Below, in pieces: positions 37,497 to 45,525 of a stretch of 64,000 nt of DNA. Source of the DNA: Patescibacteria group bacterium (GTDB lineage Bacteria > Patescibacteriota > Microgenomatia > UBA12405). The notes beneath the pieces were generated by a model that saw nothing but the letters and a program-made list of their open reading frames with translations, ran no database searches and was not told the origin of the DNA. The DNA lies in contig WARW01000003.1 of NCBI GenBank assembly GCA_013387215.1, positions 10,227 to 74,226 on the forward strand, in the 5' to 3' direction. The first letter of the stretch is position 1. Every line of letters begins with the position of its first letter. The position numbers and the translations under genes are program-made.

Positions 37497-37914
37497 ATTA
37501 GAAAAACAAATAATGGAAAAAATTGAAAACAAAGAAATAAAAATGAAATCAAAATGGTGGTTTTTTGCTAAAACCACAAGTTTAAGAGGAATAATTTTGC
37601 TCAATATATTACTCTGTTCAATAATATTGTCAGCTACTGTTTATCTAGTAAGTTTAAAAACTCCACTGGAACTCTTTTCATACGGAAATATTGGCATGGA
37701 AATATTTTTTAATGATTTCCCATATATTTGGCTTATTAGTGCTGTTGTATTAATAATAAGCGGAACAATCTTACTATCGAAAGTGGGAGATAACTATCGA
37801 AAAACAACAAAAACAGTATTGGCTATAAATATTGTTTTTATAATTATCGCAACTTTGATTTTTGGATTACTAAAAAACTCTTTTAACTTAGAAAGTTGGC
37901 TCGGTAGATTTTAA
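37483..37914 (+). CDS. Membrane protein overlapping the sigma factor gene (possible anti-sigma factor)
   Basis: 14-nt overlap with the ECF sigma gene and four TM helices. No recognisable anti-sigma zinc motif. Confidence 0.35.
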   Translation: MKKTKLEKQIMEKIENKEIKMKSKWWFFAKTTSLRGIILLNILLCSIILSATVYLVSLKTPLELFSYGNIGMEIFFNDFPYIWLISAVVLIISGTILLSKVGDNYRKTTKTVLAINIVFIIIATLIFGLLKNSFNLESWLGRF

Positions 37915-38163
37915 TTCTTTATCCAATTGATCAAATTGAAAATTTAAGATAGTTTCATTTGTGCCATCAAGATCTTTCATTAGCTGTTCATCAGTTTCTT
38001 TTATAGTTTGAATGTTGTTTTCTTGATTAATTTTTTCGAGTTTAGTGTCTATTTTATTATCGATTTTGTTTAATATTTTTAATTCTGTTTTATCTTTAAA
38101 GGAACAAGCAGAAAGAAAAATTGTAGAAAAAGCCAAAACCGGAATAATAATTTTGTATTTCAT
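37888..38163 (-). CDS. Small lipoprotein
   Basis: MKYKIIIPVLAFSTIFLSAC has signal-peptide features plus a lipobox (LSAC). Start moved to ATG 38163, which clears the terminator upstream. Confidence 0.55.
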   Translation of the reverse strand: MKYKIIIPVLAFSTIFLSACSFKDKTELKILNKIDNKIDTKLEKINQENNIQTIKETDEQLMKDLDGTNETILNFQFDQLDKELKSTEPTF

Positions 38164-38175
38164 TAAATATGATAA

Positions 38176-38208
38176 CAAAAAACTGCCACTAGTTTAAACT
38201 AGCGGCAG
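38176..38208 (-). terminator. Rho-independent terminator after the Ala-rich secreted protein gene
   Basis: The minus-strand RNA CUGCCGCUAGU-UUAA-ACUAGUGGCAG forms an 11-bp stem with one G-U pair, followed by UUUUUUG. Confidence 0.8.
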
Positions 38209-38226
38209 TTAACTATTGACTAATAA

Positions 38227-38835
38227 TTAAGCTTTTACAATAAGTCTTAATGAATCAGTTAAAATCTTTCGAAGAGAATTAAGATCGGTTCTGACTAAAG
38301 TAGCAGGGGCCTTTAATTCAGCAGCCAATGTTTTTGGAGTGGCTGTGGTAGATAATTCATTGAATTTTGCTGTAAAAGCAGCTAAATCTTTTTGATAAGT
38401 TGCTTCGGCGGCGGTAAATTCTGCTAATTTTGCAGTAGCAGCTGTAACATTTTTACCTTGAGATTGTTTTTCGTTTAGTCTGGCGGTTATTTTAGCTTGG
38501 GTTTGAACCAAAACATTATGCCTATTATTAAATTCCTTTAACATAGCAGAATAAATTGCATCAATTCTTTTTTTCTGCATGGCTAATACTTGTTCTTTTC
38601 TAGCTGCTTTTTCGGCATTGGCCTGAACTTTTAAAGCTTGTCTGTCTTGGACAGCAGTGGTTTTTATTTCCTTTATTTCGGCTTGACCAGTTTTTCTAAC
38701 ATCTTTAAGTTCCTGTCTCATTTCTTTTCTAATTCCAGTTGGGGTGGCACTAACAGTGTCAGCAGCAAAAGATGGAGTGGCTAAAACTAAAAACATTAAA
38801 CTAGTAAGCGAAAAAATGATTTTTTTATTGCACAT
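38227..38835 (-). CDS. Secreted Ala/Lys/Thr-rich coiled-coil-like protein
   Basis: Signal peptide MCNKKIIFSLTSLMFLVLATPSFA. The mature part is helical low-complexity sequence (AAELKAPATL..., AKLAEFTAAEATYQKDLAAF), and the gene looks more GC-rich than its neighbours. Confidence 0.6.
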   Translation of the reverse strand: MCNKKIIFSLTSLMFLVLATPSFAADTVSATPTGIRKEMRQELKDVRKTGQAEIKEIKTTAVQDRQALKVQANAEKAARKEQVLAMQKKRIDAIYSAMLKEFNNRHNVLVQTQAKITARLNEKQSQGKNVTAATAKLAEFTAAEATYQKDLAAFTAKFNELSTTATPKTLAAELKAPATLVRTDLNSLRKILTDSLRLIVKA

Positions 38836-38906
38836 ATTTTGAATTTAATAATTTATAACTTCAATAATTGATACGACAAGCTAATTAAAATATTACAAGC
38901 AATTTT

Positions 38907-39749
38907 TTATTTCTGACAATGCGGACAGTAAAAGGTGCCACGTCCACCAAGCTTAATTCTTTTAATAGGAGTTTTACAAATCAAACAAGGCTCTCCGTCA
39001 CGCTGATAAACCCGAAAATTAAATTGGTTTTGACCACTAGAACCATCAGGCCGAATATATTTATTATCTTTAGCTGTGGAACCTCCTGCTAAAATCGATT
39101 CTTTCATTATTTGGATTAAAAATTTACGAAGCTTGGTGGCTTTTTCTGAACTTATTTGATTGGATGGAGTCTGGGGATTAATTTTAGCTAAAAATAAGGC
39201 ATCGTTAGCATAAATATTACCAATACCGGCAAATTTAGATTGATCAAGCAAGACTGATTTAACTGGTCTTTTAGAGGTTTGGAGTTGTTGAAAAAAATAT
39301 TTGAGAGTAAAGTTTGAATCCAAAATATCACGCCCCAGGTTTTTTTGAGATTTTTCAAGATTCTCCGGGGTAAAAATTTTGACCCAGCCAAACTTGCGCT
39401 GATCATTAAAAAATAATTTGGACCCATTAGAAAAAGTGAAAACGAGTCTGGTTGATTTATTAGGTAAAATTGATTTGTCTTCTTTTGGGGTCGGGTGTCC
39501 AAAAATAAATTCTCCTAAAATAATTTGACCGGTCATTTTTAAATGAAATAGAAGGACTAAATTATTTTCCAAATGAATCGAAAGTTGTTTGCCAATGCGA
39601 GAGGTTTTAATGATTTTCTGGTTTTGGGCTAATTTAGGATCCCCAATAAAAGATTTGGGAGTGAGAATTTCAATATTGGAAATAGTTTTACCAAGAAGAT
39701 GACCGTCTAAAAACTGACGAACAACTTCAACTTCGGGAAGTTCTGGCAT
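38907..39749 (-). CDS. mutM: Formamidopyrimidine-DNA glycosylase
   Basis: N-terminal MPELPEVE and C-terminal zinc finger CLICKTPIKRIKLGGRGTFYCPHCQ. Confidence 0.9.
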   Translation of the reverse strand: MPELPEVEVVRQFLDGHLLGKTISNIEILTPKSFIGDPKLAQNQKIIKTSRIGKQLSIHLENNLVLLFHLKMTGQIILGEFIFGHPTPKEDKSILPNKSTRLVFTFSNGSKLFFNDQRKFGWVKIFTPENLEKSQKNLGRDILDSNFTLKYFFQQLQTSKRPVKSVLLDQSKFAGIGNIYANDALFLAKINPQTPSNQISSEKATKLRKFLIQIMKESILAGGSTAKDNKYIRPDGSSGQNQFNFRVYQRDGEPCLICKTPIKRIKLGGRGTFYCPHCQK

Positions 39750-39753
39750 ATCC

Positions 39754-40677
39754 CTATCTTATCAGATCATCCAGGTCAATATTGGTGACCGTTTCGCTTT
39801 TTCCAAGACGATAAAGAGCAACTCGAGTATCAGCTAATTTGTCTTTTAAAAGGCTTAAAGAATTTAAAAATATCTGAGTGGAACCTAGATAGCCAATGAT
39901 AAGGATTAATCCAGAAATATTTTTAGTCCCCTGATTGACTTCAAAAATCAAATAAAGCAGAGCGGCAGAATAAAAACAAATAGAAATATTTTGAAGTGTG
40001 AACCATTCAATAAAATTCCAACTACAAATTTTTTGATGAACCCGGTTATATTGTTTTTCTTCAAGATCGATGTCGTTAGTGCCTTGAAGCCGAGCATAAT
40101 AAGCTTCGACTTTGGCATTTTGAAGATTTTTTAAGTAAATATAGCGCTGGGTGGTGTAGACATCGACGAAAAAGTACACAACAATATAGACTATTTCAAA
40201 AATAAAGATTTTAAAATCTAAGAAAAATAAAATTAAAGGTGTAGCGATTAAAGAGACCACACTGTCGACTCCAGGCTGACGAATTAGTTCAAGCGTCAAA
40301 CGAACAGCTTCAGAAAAGTTTCTGATAGCCTGGATGGCTTCAAAACGAGCTGATTTGTTTTTTAATTCAAGATCGGGAATTAAAAAATTATGAACTTCAA
40401 ATTGAATGCCACTAATAAGATATTCCAGTTTATTAATAGACAGAAGACGGGTGAAATTTTCCAAAAGATAAATAATAAAAATTAGGGCAACTAGATATAA
40501 AACCGTAGAAAAATTAGATTTATTCTCGACAAGAGCGATGATCTGTGAAAATAAATAGATGGAAAAAATGGGAAAAAGAGCTGAGATAAAGCGAATAAAA
40601 AACCAAAAGAAAAAAGAACCTTTATGACTGATGAATTTTAAAATAAATTTTATTATATTTCGAGTTTCCGGAGTCAT
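39754..40677 (-). CDS. ABC-exporter-type transmembrane domain protein without a nucleotide-binding domain
   Basis: 307 aa with a six-helix type-I exporter TMD layout. It ends where an NBD would begin, and the next gene downstream is mutM. Confidence 0.45.
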   Translation of the reverse strand: MTPETRNIIKFILKFISHKGSFFFWFFIRFISALFPIFSIYLFSQIIALVENKSNFSTVLYLVALIFIIYLLENFTRLLSINKLEYLISGIQFEVHNFLIPDLELKNKSARFEAIQAIRNFSEAVRLTLELIRQPGVDSVVSLIATPLILFFLDFKIFIFEIVYIVVYFFVDVYTTQRYIYLKNLQNAKVEAYYARLQGTNDIDLEEKQYNRVHQKICSWNFIEWFTLQNISICFYSAALLYLIFEVNQGTKNISGLILIIGYLGSTQIFLNSLSLLKDKLADTRVALYRLGKSETVTNIDLDDLIR

Positions 40678-40728
40678 TATTTAAATGATACTAAAAAACA
40701 GGTGTAGAAGTAAAAACTAGATGATAAA

Positions 40729-41688
40729 ATGGGAAATATGCCAGAGACAAAAGAAATTTTTGACACAATTATTGTGGGATCAGGTCCAGCCGGATTAACA
40801 GCTGCAATTTACAATATTAGAGCAGCTTTAAAAACCGTGGTAATTGCGGGAAATCAGCCAGGCGGACAATTAACCATTACCACTTATGTTGATAATTATC
40901 CTGGTTTTCCAACCGGAATCGGCGGAGTTAAATTGATGATGGATATGCAGGCTCAGGTGAAAAATTTAGGCGGTGAAATTCGCCAAGGATTAGTAAAAGA
41001 AATTCAAAAGAAAGACGGTGTGTTTGAAGTATGTTTTAATGATGAGTCAATTCTTAAAGCCAAATCGGTGATTGTGACAACCGGCGCCAGCGCTAAATGG
41101 TTGGGACTTCCAAACGAAAAAGAATTAGTAGGTAGAGGTGTCAGCGGATGTGCAACTTGTGATGGAATGTTTTTTAAAGATAAAATTGTGGCGGTGGTTG
41201 GCGGTGGAGACACGGCTTGCGAAGATGCAGTGTTTTTAACAAGATTTGCCAATAAAGTTATTTTGATTCATCGACGAGACAAATTCCGAGCTGCACCAAT
41301 GGAGCAAAGCAAAGTGTTTGAAAATAATAAAATTGAAACTTTATGGAATACTGAAGTTGAAGAGATTATAGGAAAAGATAAACTAGAAGCCATTAAAATA
41401 ATTAATAATCAAACCAAAGAAGAAAAAGAAATTCAAATTAATGGACTATTTATGGCTATAGGCCATGATCCGGCTACTCAATTTATTAAAGATTTGGTTG
41501 AATTAAAAGAAACTGGGCAAGTTGTTGTGGGTAAAAATCAAAACTATCCAACCATGACTAACGTTGAAGGTTTATTTGCAGCTGGTGATTGTGCTGATGA
41601 TGTTTACAGACAAGCAATAGTGGCAGCGGGAAATGGCTGCAAAGCAGCCATTGATGCTCAACATTGGCTGGAAAATCAAGAAGCTTAA
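40729..41688 (+). CDS. trxB: Thioredoxin-disulfide reductase
   Basis: GSGPAG FAD motif, redox centre CATCDG, NADPH motif GGGDTACEDA, C-terminal GDC. Confidence 0.9.
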   Translation: MGNMPETKEIFDTIIVGSGPAGLTAAIYNIRAALKTVVIAGNQPGGQLTITTYVDNYPGFPTGIGGVKLMMDMQAQVKNLGGEIRQGLVKEIQKKDGVFEVCFNDESILKAKSVIVTTGASAKWLGLPNEKELVGRGVSGCATCDGMFFKDKIVAVVGGGDTACEDAVFLTRFANKVILIHRRDKFRAAPMEQSKVFENNKIETLWNTEVEEIIGKDKLEAIKIINNQTKEEKEIQINGLFMAIGHDPATQFIKDLVELKETGQVVVGKNQNYPTMTNVEGLFAAGDCADDVYRQAIVAAGNGCKAAIDAQHWLENQEA

Positions 41689-42893
41689 ATCAATTTTTTG
41701 ATTGATTTAATAAAGTTGTCTTTAGAAAAACAATCGGCTCGATTAATACAATTTTGAGATATTTTTTGAGAATCTTTTGGAGTTTTAGTAAGTTTTTCCA
41801 ATTCTTGGATTGCCCTAGCACAAGATTCCGGAGTTAATTTATCAAATAAAACTCCGGTTTTACCATCAATAACAGTTTCAGCAGTTCCACCACTTTTAAA
41901 ACCAACAACAGGACAACCAAAAGACATGGCCTCTACCGGAACCATGCCAAAATCTTCATTGTCGGAACAAAACAGAAAAGCTTTGGCTTGGAAATATAGT
42001 TTTTCTTTTTGTTCTTGATTTACTTCACCTAAAAATTCAATGGTGGGGCCAGAGATATTTTTGAGTTCATCCATAAACCCAGCAAAATCACGGCCAAATA
42101 TTTTTAATTTAAGATTCAATTGGTTGCAGGCTTTAATGGCAACATCATAACGCTTAGCTCTAGCTAGTCTGCCGCCTGCTAAAAAGTATGACTCAGATAA
42201 AATTTGGCGGTGCTCGCTACCTTCGGGCTCGACTTCGTTTCGCGTTCGCTGTGCTCCTGAAATTTTATTCTTCGTATTAACGAGCTTCGCCATTTTTGGA
42301 ATTTCTATAGGAGGATTTATAACTATACTGTTTTTACGGTAAAATTTTTCAATGCGGGCGGCAGTGGTTTGAGAATTGGCAATAAATTGATCGACGTTTT
42401 GGGCAAATCTAAAATCTAAAAATCTTAAAAAGTGATTTAAGAATTGAACTATAAAATAAATAAATTTGTTTTTGGTTAAAACTCTGGCAGTGGGCAGACC
42501 ATATAAATAACGAGGCGGAGTGTGGCAATAACAAATTAATTTAGCTTGTTTTTTGTTTAAAGCATTTGGAAAATAGGCACCAGTGGCGGAACTGATAATC
42601 AAGTCGTAATCAGAAAAATCAAAAGAATAAAAAGCTAGCGGCGAAAATAAACGAAGCGGACTGATTATTTTTCTGGCAAAAGGTATAAATTTAAAAAAGC
42701 TTTGATGAATACGACCCGCCCATTTTTTTTGAAGACGATTTTGATGAGGACCTAGAAATTTTGGGCAATAAAGTGAAGTGTAAATCGGAGCATCGGGAAA
42801 AATATCGGAAAAAGTTTCTAGAACTGACTCGGCTCCCCCAAATTCTTTTATATAATCATGAACTAGGGCTATTTTGAGTTTAGTTTGGGTCAT
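41685..42893 (-). CDS. Family-4 glycosyltransferase carrying an in-frame repeat-element segment
   Basis: GT-B C-terminal motif EDFGMVPVEAMSFGCPVV and LAGGRLARAKRYD. The inter-domain segment KISGAQRTRNEVEPEGSEHRQIL is encoded by the GC-core palindromic element. Confidence 0.8.
   Translation of the reverse strand: MTQTKLKIALVHDYIKEFGGAESVLETFSDIFPDAPIYTSLYCPKFLGPHQNRLQKKWAGRIHQSFFKFIPFARKIISPLRLFSPLAFYSFDFSDYDLIISSATGAYFPNALNKKQAKLICYCHTPPRYLYGLPTARVLTKNKFIYFIVQFLNHFLRFLDFRFAQNVDQFIANSQTTAARIEKFYRKNSIVINPPIEIPKMAKLVNTKNKISGAQRTRNEVEPEGSEHRQILSESYFLAGGRLARAKRYDVAIKACNQLNLKLKIFGRDFAGFMDELKNISGPTIEFLGEVNQEQKEKLYFQAKAFLFCSDNEDFGMVPVEAMSFGCPVVGFKSGGTAETVIDGKTGVLFDKLTPESCARAIQELEKLTKTPKDSQKISQNCINRADCFSKDNFIKSIKKLI
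42198..42267. repeat. Palindromic GC-core element, intragenic copy (G)
   Basis: AT-rich inverted arms AAAATTT/AAATTTT flank GGCGGTGCTCGCTACCTTCGGGCTCGACTTCGTTTCGCGTTCGCTGTGCTCC. It shares GTGCTCG..CCTTCG with copy A, and CGTTTCGC..GTGCTCC with copy C. Confidence 0.55.
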
Positions 42894-42896
42894 AAA

Positions 42897-43847
42897 TTAA
42901 AATAAACTGGTTTGGTTGGGGTCTTCATTTTTTTTGCTTGGTTTGACAATATTATTGTTTTTTTCAAGACGTGCAATTAATGATTTAAAATTATAAGACT
43001 TAAAAACAGCAATTAAGTTTTGCACACAAGTATCACACCATTTAGCATCTGATAATTTAAACTTAAGTGGAATATTATAAACCAAAGTAGCTAGTTTTTG
43101 CGAAAGGTAGGCGTTTTCTTTACCAGAAATTAATTTTTCTTTAAGGCTTGGCTTAATGTTGTCTATATTTTTATAAATATTATCGAGATTTTGATATTCG
43201 GTCAGAAGATCAATAGCAGCTTTAGGGCCGATTCCAGCAACACCTGGATAATTATCCGACATATCACCCATTAAGGCTTTAAGATCAACAACTTGAGTCG
43301 GAAGCACTCCAAGTTTTTCTTTGACTCCTTCGGAATTGATGGTTTTTGTTTCCGAAAGACCACGAATAGGCATAAACAATTCAACTTTTGGCCCAACTAA
43401 CTGCATAATATCTTTATCGCCAGTAATAATGGTGACATTGTCAATAATTCTTTTTTTAGCACCAGTTTGGCTGACTTTTATTTTATTTAAGGCTTTTTTA
43501 GTAATGGTGGCAATTAAATCATCGGCTTCAAAACCACCAATGGCAAAATTAGGGATTTTGGCCTCCTCAAGACTTGATTGAAGCTTCGGAAATTGGCTGA
43601 TCAAATCCATGTCGGCAGGTTTACGTTTCGCACGATAACCAATAAATTCCTCATTGCGAAAATTAGGACCAGGCGAATCGAGACAAACAATTAAATAGTC
43701 CGGTTTTAAGGTGTTAACTGCTGTTAAGATCATGGAATAAAATCCATATAAAGCATTAACCGGCTCGCCGTTTACAGTTAAGGGCGGAATAGAATGATAG
43801 GCACGATGGATGATTGCATGACCATCAACAATGATAAGTTTGGACAT
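42897..43847 (-). CDS. Standalone 5'-3' exonuclease (Pol I N-terminal domain / FEN-like)
   Basis: LIIVDGHAIIHRAYH, an acidic cluster (GFEADDLIAT, ITGDKDIMQL) and a helix-hairpin-helix (PGVAGIGPKAAIDLL). There is no polymerase domain. Confidence 0.85.
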   Translation of the reverse strand: MSKLIIVDGHAIIHRAYHSIPPLTVNGEPVNALYGFYSMILTAVNTLKPDYLIVCLDSPGPNFRNEEFIGYRAKRKPADMDLISQFPKLQSSLEEAKIPNFAIGGFEADDLIATITKKALNKIKVSQTGAKKRIIDNVTIITGDKDIMQLVGPKVELFMPIRGLSETKTINSEGVKEKLGVLPTQVVDLKALMGDMSDNYPGVAGIGPKAAIDLLTEYQNLDNIYKNIDNIKPSLKEKLISGKENAYLSQKLATLVYNIPLKFKLSDAKWCDTCVQNLIAVFKSYNFKSLIARLEKNNNIVKPSKKNEDPNQTSLF

Positions 43848-43876
43848 AAGTTAGTTTAGCAGGTAAAATTTAGGTA

Positions 43877-44782
43877 ATGGAACAACACGCGATTCCACAG
43901 CAGATTTCGTCCTACGAATTTAAATTAGTGGGAGAAATGACGCTAAAACAGTTTATTAAGGCAGCGGCGGGAATTATCCTGGCACTATTAATTAACGCAA
44001 CCAAATTAATTATTATTGTTAAGTGGCCTTTAATGGCAGTTTGCGCTGGAGGCGGATTACTTTTAGCTTTTGTTCCTTTTGAAGACAGACCGCTGGAAAC
44101 CTGGGCAGTAGCTTTTATTAAATCGATTTATTCCCCGACTGTTTATATTTATAAAAAAAGAGCAAGTAAAAATTGGCTAGAAATTGATTTGAATAATATT
44201 ACAGATACAGATGGTGCTGAAACAAACGATGACGAAGAAGTACTAGTGGTTAAAGATAAAACTAAAGTAAGAGAATTTATTCAATCACTGCCTTCAGTTA
44301 AAAGAGAAGTAAAAGAAGAAGTTGAAGAAGTAAAAGAAGTGAAAAAAGTACAAGTACCAGTGAGCAATCCTCAAGTGCAAACCCAAACAGAGGTGGTTAA
44401 AAATATACAAAAGACTGAGGATTGGCATGATCAAAAAACTAATTTGAATTTAAAAACCGAAAAACTCGAAGCGACAGGAAAGGCAAATTTTGGAGCAATA
44501 CCAATGCCTGATATTCCAGAAGTTCCAAATATAGTGGTAGGAATGGCGATGGATAGCAATGGTAAAATTGTGGACGGAGTGATTATTGAAATCCAAGATG
44601 AACATGGTAATCCTTCAAGAGTATTAAAAACCAATTCTTTAGGACAATTTAAAACTTCAACTCCATTAGCTAATGGAAGATATTTATTAGTTTGTGAAAA
44701 AGAAAATTTCAGTTTTGATAGGGTCAATATTGATGTTAAGGGTGAGATTATTAAACCGATAAGGATTATTGCCAATAATTAA
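43877..44782 (+). CDS. PrgI-like T4SS membrane protein with a C-terminal carboxypeptidase-regulatory-like beta domain
   Basis: N-terminus IPQQISSYEFKLVGEMTLKQFIKAAAGIILALLI plus a second TM helix. C-terminus GKIVDGVIIEIQDEHGNPSRVLKTNSLGQFKTSTPLANGRYLLVCEKENF. Confidence 0.55.
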   Translation: MEQHAIPQQISSYEFKLVGEMTLKQFIKAAAGIILALLINATKLIIIVKWPLMAVCAGGGLLLAFVPFEDRPLETWAVAFIKSIYSPTVYIYKKRASKNWLEIDLNNITDTDGAETNDDEEVLVVKDKTKVREFIQSLPSVKREVKEEVEEVKEVKKVQVPVSNPQVQTQTEVVKNIQKTEDWHDQKTNLNLKTEKLEATGKANFGAIPMPDIPEVPNIVVGMAMDSNGKIVDGVIIEIQDEHGNPSRVLKTNSLGQFKTSTPLANGRYLLVCEKENFSFDRVNIDVKGEIIKPIRIIANN

Positions 44783-44816
44783 TATATGATTAAAATATTA
44801 GTTATAAAAAAATAGT

Positions 44817-45524
44817 ATGGCTACCGATCCACTTAAAATTGCCATTAAAGGTACAACTCAAGACCATTTGCCCATCGAAGATGTGGTTGATGGAGTGGTG
44901 ATTTTGAAAGACGGATCATGTGCGATGGTAATGCAGATATCTTCCGTCAATTTTGATTTGTTATCAGAAAAGGAACAATCGGCTTTGGTTTTTGCTTATG
45001 GCGGAATTTTAAATTCTTTGAACTTTCCAATTCAAATAATTATCAGATCAAACGCTAAAGATGTGTCGGTTTATCTTAATAATTTGAAAGACGCCGAAGA
45101 AAAACAAAGCAATTCTCTTTTGAAACAAAGAATTCAACTATACCGAAAGTTTGTTGAAGAAACGGTTAAAAAAAATGATGTGTTATCAAAATCTTTTTAT
45201 GTGGTGGCTCATTTTTCTGCGTTGGAACTGGGAATAAAAAATGCCGGCAAGCAAACATTGAGCACTATTCTGCCTCCTTTAGGAAAATCGCGTTCAACAG
45301 AATTACCATTTTCCAAAGATTATATTCTAGATAAAGCAAAAGCTAGTTTGGAACCGAAAAGAGATCATTTAATGAGATTGTTTTCCCGATTAGGATTGGA
45401 AATTAAACAATTAAACACCAAAGAATTAATCGAACTGTATTATAAAATTTATAATGAAGAAACGGCTGTAAATCAGAAACTGCAAACACTGAATTACAAT
45501 GCACCAATTGTTACCACTAAATAA
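44817..45524 (+). CDS. T4SS-associated hypothetical protein, possibly related to the VirB4 N-terminal domain
   Basis: 235 aa. LPIEDVVDGVVILKDGSCAMVMQISSVNFDLLSEKEQ... resembles, by eye, the layout of the N-terminus of the following ATPase. Confidence 0.4.
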   Translation: MATDPLKIAIKGTTQDHLPIEDVVDGVVILKDGSCAMVMQISSVNFDLLSEKEQSALVFAYGGILNSLNFPIQIIIRSNAKDVSVYLNNLKDAEEKQSNSLLKQRIQLYRKFVEETVKKNDVLSKSFYVVAHFSALELGIKNAGKQTLSTILPPLGKSRSTELPFSKDYILDKAKASLEPKRDHLMRLFSRLGLEIKQLNTKELIELYYKIYNEETAVNQKLQTLNYNAPIVTTK

Positions 45525-45525
45525 A

